DNA of 64,000 nucleotides from Nemertoderma westbladi (Eukaryota; Animalia; Xenacoelomorpha): positions 20,490-84,489 of the forward strand of contig JAUCBJ010003122.1 in the NCBI GenBank assembly GCA_032718475.1, given 5' to 3'. Positions 60,201-64,000 of the stretch are shown piece by piece. The position numbers and the translations under genes were made by a program. Each line of letters opens with the position of its first letter. Within the stretch, counting starts at the first letter, position 1. The notes under the pieces are model-generated. The model worked only from the letters and a program-made list of their open reading frames with translations. It made no database searches and had not been told where the DNA came from.

Positions 60201-63200
60201 AAGAGTTAGAATCATCACTCGATGTAGGTTCAATTCAACAAGAGTTAGAATCAGCCCTCAATGTAAGTTCAATTCAACAAGAGTTAGAATCAGCACTCAA
60301 TCTAAGTTCAATTCAACAGGAGTTAGAATTAGCCCTCAATGTAAGTTCAATTCAACAAGAGTTAGAATCAGCACTCAATGTAAGTTCAATTCTACAAGAG
60401 TTAGAATCAGCCCTCAATGTAAGTTCAATTCAACAAGAGTTAGACTCAGCCCTCAATGTAAGTTCAATTCAACAAGAGTTATAATCAGCCCTCAATGTAA
60501 GTTCAATTCAACAGGAGTTAGACTCAGCCCTCAATGTAAGTTCAATTCGACAAGAGTTAGACTCAGCCCTCAATGTAAGTTCTATTCAACAAGAGTTAGA
60601 CTCAGCACTCAATGTAAGTTCAATTCGACAAGAGTTAGACTCAGCCCTCAATGTAAGTTATATTCAACAAGAGTTAGACTCAGCCCTCAATGTAAGTTCA
60701 ATTCAACAAGAGTTAGACTCATCACTCGATGTAGGTTCAATTCAACAAGAGTTAGAATCATCACTCGATGTAGGTTCAATTCAACAAGAGTTAGAATCAG
60801 CCCTCAATGTAAGTTCAATTCAACAAGAGTTAGAATCAGCACTCAATCTAAGTTCAATTCAACAGGAGTTAGAATTAGCCCTCAATGTAAGTTCTATTCA
60901 ACAAGAGTTAGACTCAGCACTCAATGTAAGTTCAATTCGACAAGAGTTAGACTCAGCCCTCAATGTAAGTTATATTCAACAAGAGTTAGAATCAGCCCTC
61001 AATGTAAGTTATATTCAACAAGAGTTAGACTCAGCCCTCAATGTAAGTTCTATTCAACAAGAGTTAGAATCAGCACTCAATGTAAGTTCTATTCAACAGG
61101 AGTTAGATTCAGCCCTCAATGTAAGTTGTATTCAACAAGAGTTAGACTCAACCCTCAATGTAAGTTCTATTCAACAAGAGTTAGACTCAGCCCTCAATGT
61201 AAGTTCTATTCAACAAGAGTTAGACTCTGCCCTCAATGTAAGTTCTATTCAACAAGAGTTAGACTCAGCACTCAATGTAAGTTCAATTCGACAAGAGTTA
61301 GACTCAGACCTCAATGTAAGTTATATTTAACAAGAGTTAGACTAAGCCCTCAATGTAAGTTCAATTCAACAAGAGTTAGAATCAGCCCTCAATGTAAGTT
61401 CAATTCGACAAGAGTTAGAATCAGCCCTCAATGTAAGTTCAATTCAACAAGAGTTAGACTCAGCCCTCAATGTAAGTTATATTCAACAAGAGTTAGACTC
61501 AGCCCTCAATGTAAGTTCTATTCAACAAGAGTTAGAATCAGCCCTCAATGTAAGTTCTATTCAACAAGAGTTAGAATCAGCACTCAATGTAAGTTCAATT
61601 CTACAAGAGTTAGAATCAGCCCTCAATGTAAGTTCAATTCAACAAGAGTTAGACTCAGCCCTCAATGTAAGTTCAATTCAACAAGAGTTATAATCAGCCC
61701 TCAATGTAAGTTCCATTCAACAGGAGTTAGACTCAGCCCTCAATGTAAGTTCAATTCGACAAGAGTTAGACTCAGCCCTCAATGTAAGTTCAATTCGACA
61801 AGAGTTAGACTCAGCCCTCAATGTACGTTCTATTCAACAAGAGTTAGACTCAGCACTCAATGTAAGTTCAATTCGACAAGAGTTAGACTCAGCCCTCAAT
61901 GTACGTTCTATTCAACAAGAGTTAGACTCAGCACTCAATGTAAGTTCAATTCGACAAGAGTTAGACTCAGCCCTCAATGTAAGTTCAATTCAACAATGTT
62001 AGCGAATTCAATTCCGCCAACCACCCCATAAAGTTGGCCAAGCAGGGCCTTTAAGCAATATTGGGAGTACGAGGTTGATTGCCAATCAACCTCGTATCAC
62101 CCCAATAAACGGGGACAACAGGCCCCAAAGGAACACACACAGCGGGGGTCAGGGAGAGAATGACAGTAGCAAGGGGAAAACACTCCCAGAGAGATGGGAG
62201 GGCGAGTATTAGGTTATCAGCCAATGGGGGGTAGGCATCCGCTGAGTAATATGGCCAAACCAGAGCAGTATATTACCGGTTGGTGTTCATTCATTCATTC
62301 ACTCAATTAGTCAGTTCAGTTAGGGCAGAACGGTAACTCTTATCACTGTCCACTGCCACCATCATTAACATATTACCGGTATCATTCAGTTTACTTATAC
62401 ATTTATTGTTCCTGATTTCTGTTACTCTTTAACCTATATAACCATTTATACATATCTATCAACAATATTATAACTCTCAATAACACCAGAACTCTTTTCA
62501 CATACACACAGCGGGGACGCGTAAATAAGATAACCACACAACCAGGATAAACCGGGATTCTCGGATCCCGTCACAAACAAGAGTTATAATCAGCCCTCAA
62601 TGTAAGTTCAATTCAACAGGAGTTAGACTCAGCCGTCAATGTAAGTTCAATTCGACAAGAGTTAGACTCTGCCCTCAATGTAAGTTCTATTCAACAAGAG
62701 TTAGACTCAGCACTCAATGTAAGTTCAATTCGACAAGAGTTAGACTCAGACCTCAATGTAAGTTATATTTAACAAGAGTTAGACTCAGCCCTCAATGTAA
62801 GTTCAATTCAACAAGAGTTAGACTCAGCCATCAATGTAAGTTCAATTCAACAAGAGTTGGAATCAGCCCTCAATGTAAGTTCAATTCGTCAACAGTTAGA
62901 ATCAGCCCTCAATGTAAGTTCAATTCAACAGGAGTTAGACTCAGCCCTCAATGTAAGTTCTATTCAACAAGAGTTAGACTCAGCACTCAATGTAAGTTCA
63001 ATTCGACAAGAGTTAGACTCAGCCCTCAATGTACGTTCTATTCAACAAGAGTTAGACTCAGCACTCAATGTAAGTTCAATTCGACAAGAGTTAGACTCAG
63101 CCCTCAATGTAAGTTATAATTAGCCCTCAATGTAAGTTCAATTCAACAGGAGTTAGACTCAGCCGTCAATGTAAGTTCAATTCGACAAGAGTTAGACTCT

Positions 63201-63203
63201 GCC
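57245..63203 (+). repeat. Satellite array 2: 39-bp unit TTC(A/G)ACAAGAGTTAGACTCAGCCCTCAAT|GTAAGTTCAA, roughly 135-140 copies
   Basis: Directly visible. Unit = last 29 nt of exon 7 + first 10 nt of intron 7. Interrupted by a solo LTR and cut at the right by a LINE. Confidence 0.97.
61997..62575. mobile_element. Solo LTR (579 bp)
   Basis: TGTT...CACA termini, 5-bp TSD AACAA (61992-61996 and 62576-62580), no ORF. Unrelated to the other LTRs in the window. Confidence 0.85.
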
Positions 63204-64000
63204 ATCTAGCTAGCTAGGATCGGCATGCTGCATTGCAGGTGCATTTTTAAGAATGCTGTGCCGGCTTGTCAACAAAATTGCACCGCCACAATTCCCTATC
63301 ACCCATGACATTTGCTAGATCCTCCGCATCTTTAAGGCCAGTGTCCTTTAAGATGCGTCTCAAGAAAGTCATGGGCTGTCCACCATGCTTATTCACTCCA
63401 TGAGGCTGCCAAAGTACAAGATTATGCACTGGCTGGTCCTCACGGCGAAAGCAATGTCCTGCAAAGCGGAGGCGATTTTGTTCTAGTGTCAAGCTTGGGG
63501 GAACCAATGAGACACCTCCAATGTTATATAGTGTCTGGTTGGAGATGTGTGCATTGTACTTGACACAATGAACCCGGCGTAGCATTCTTGTGAATGTGCC
63601 ATCCAGAGATTTGGTGTCCTCAGCAGTTAGAGCCCAGCATGGACTCCCGTAGAGGAGTACTGGAACTACTGCTGCTCTAAATAATCGGACCTTAAGTTTC
63701 CGATTAATTCTCGGTGACTTCCAAATCCTGGAAAGCCTATTCAAGGCTGCCCATGCCTTTCCCTTACGTATTCGAAGGTCCTCACCTGACTTCCGGATCC
63801 ATGATCCCAGGTAACAGAAGTCGTCCACATGCTCAAGCATACCATCCTTTGAGCTTATGCTCATCCGATCAGAGACTTGCTGAGGACTTTCAAAGTTAAC
63901 TGTCAGAATTTTGGTCTTTCTGGAGTTGTTCTAATGAGCTGAGGAGCCGTTGGGCTCCCTCTAATGATTCTGAGAGTACTCCTAAGTCATCAGCAAAGTC
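63204..64000 (-). mobile_element. 3' end of a second RTE-like LINE family (continues beyond window)
   Basis: ORF 63247-63864: VDDFCYLGSWI..RKGKAWAAL..LLYGS..RLRFAGHC. DFADD at the window edge; (CTAG)n-type tail near 63206-63217. Confidence 0.9.

Noticed and set aside
57141-63123. Long repetitive ORFs (950, 199, 301 and 88 aa; STRVRLSPQCKF repeats) as stand-alone genes
   Set aside because: By-products of a 39-bp unit lacking stops in two frames. The frames swap at indels, and only the exon-7 frame is linked to a splice acceptor.

Overview
AT-rich, intron-containing animal (probably invertebrate) genomic DNA; not prokaryotic. It holds the last three exons of an uncharacterised gene (982-4008, +) and an LZTFL1/BBS17-like gene (+). 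I reconstructed seven coding exons of the latter by eye (5705-57273); its 3' exon(s) lie beyond the window. Most striking: two unrelated satellites inside this gene are each a tandem amplification of an exon 3' end plus its own 5' splice site. One is a 32-bp unit (roughly 700 copies, 9092-37490) and the other a 39-bp in-frame unit (roughly 135-140 copies, 57245-63203). The introns also carry: two copies of a TTAA-site MITE; a very compact 3.9-kb Gypsy LTR element with a -1 frameshift signal; an RTE LINE split by an 11.2-kb BEL/Pao element; a FAM120 pseudogene fragment abutting a second RTE piece; a solo LTR; and a third LINE fragment. The BEL/Pao element lacks RT and integrase and shows a Tf1-like 11-nt self-priming signature in place of a tRNA PBS. 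All calls are by-eye reading plus recalled family motifs; copy numbers are estimates and no searches were run.
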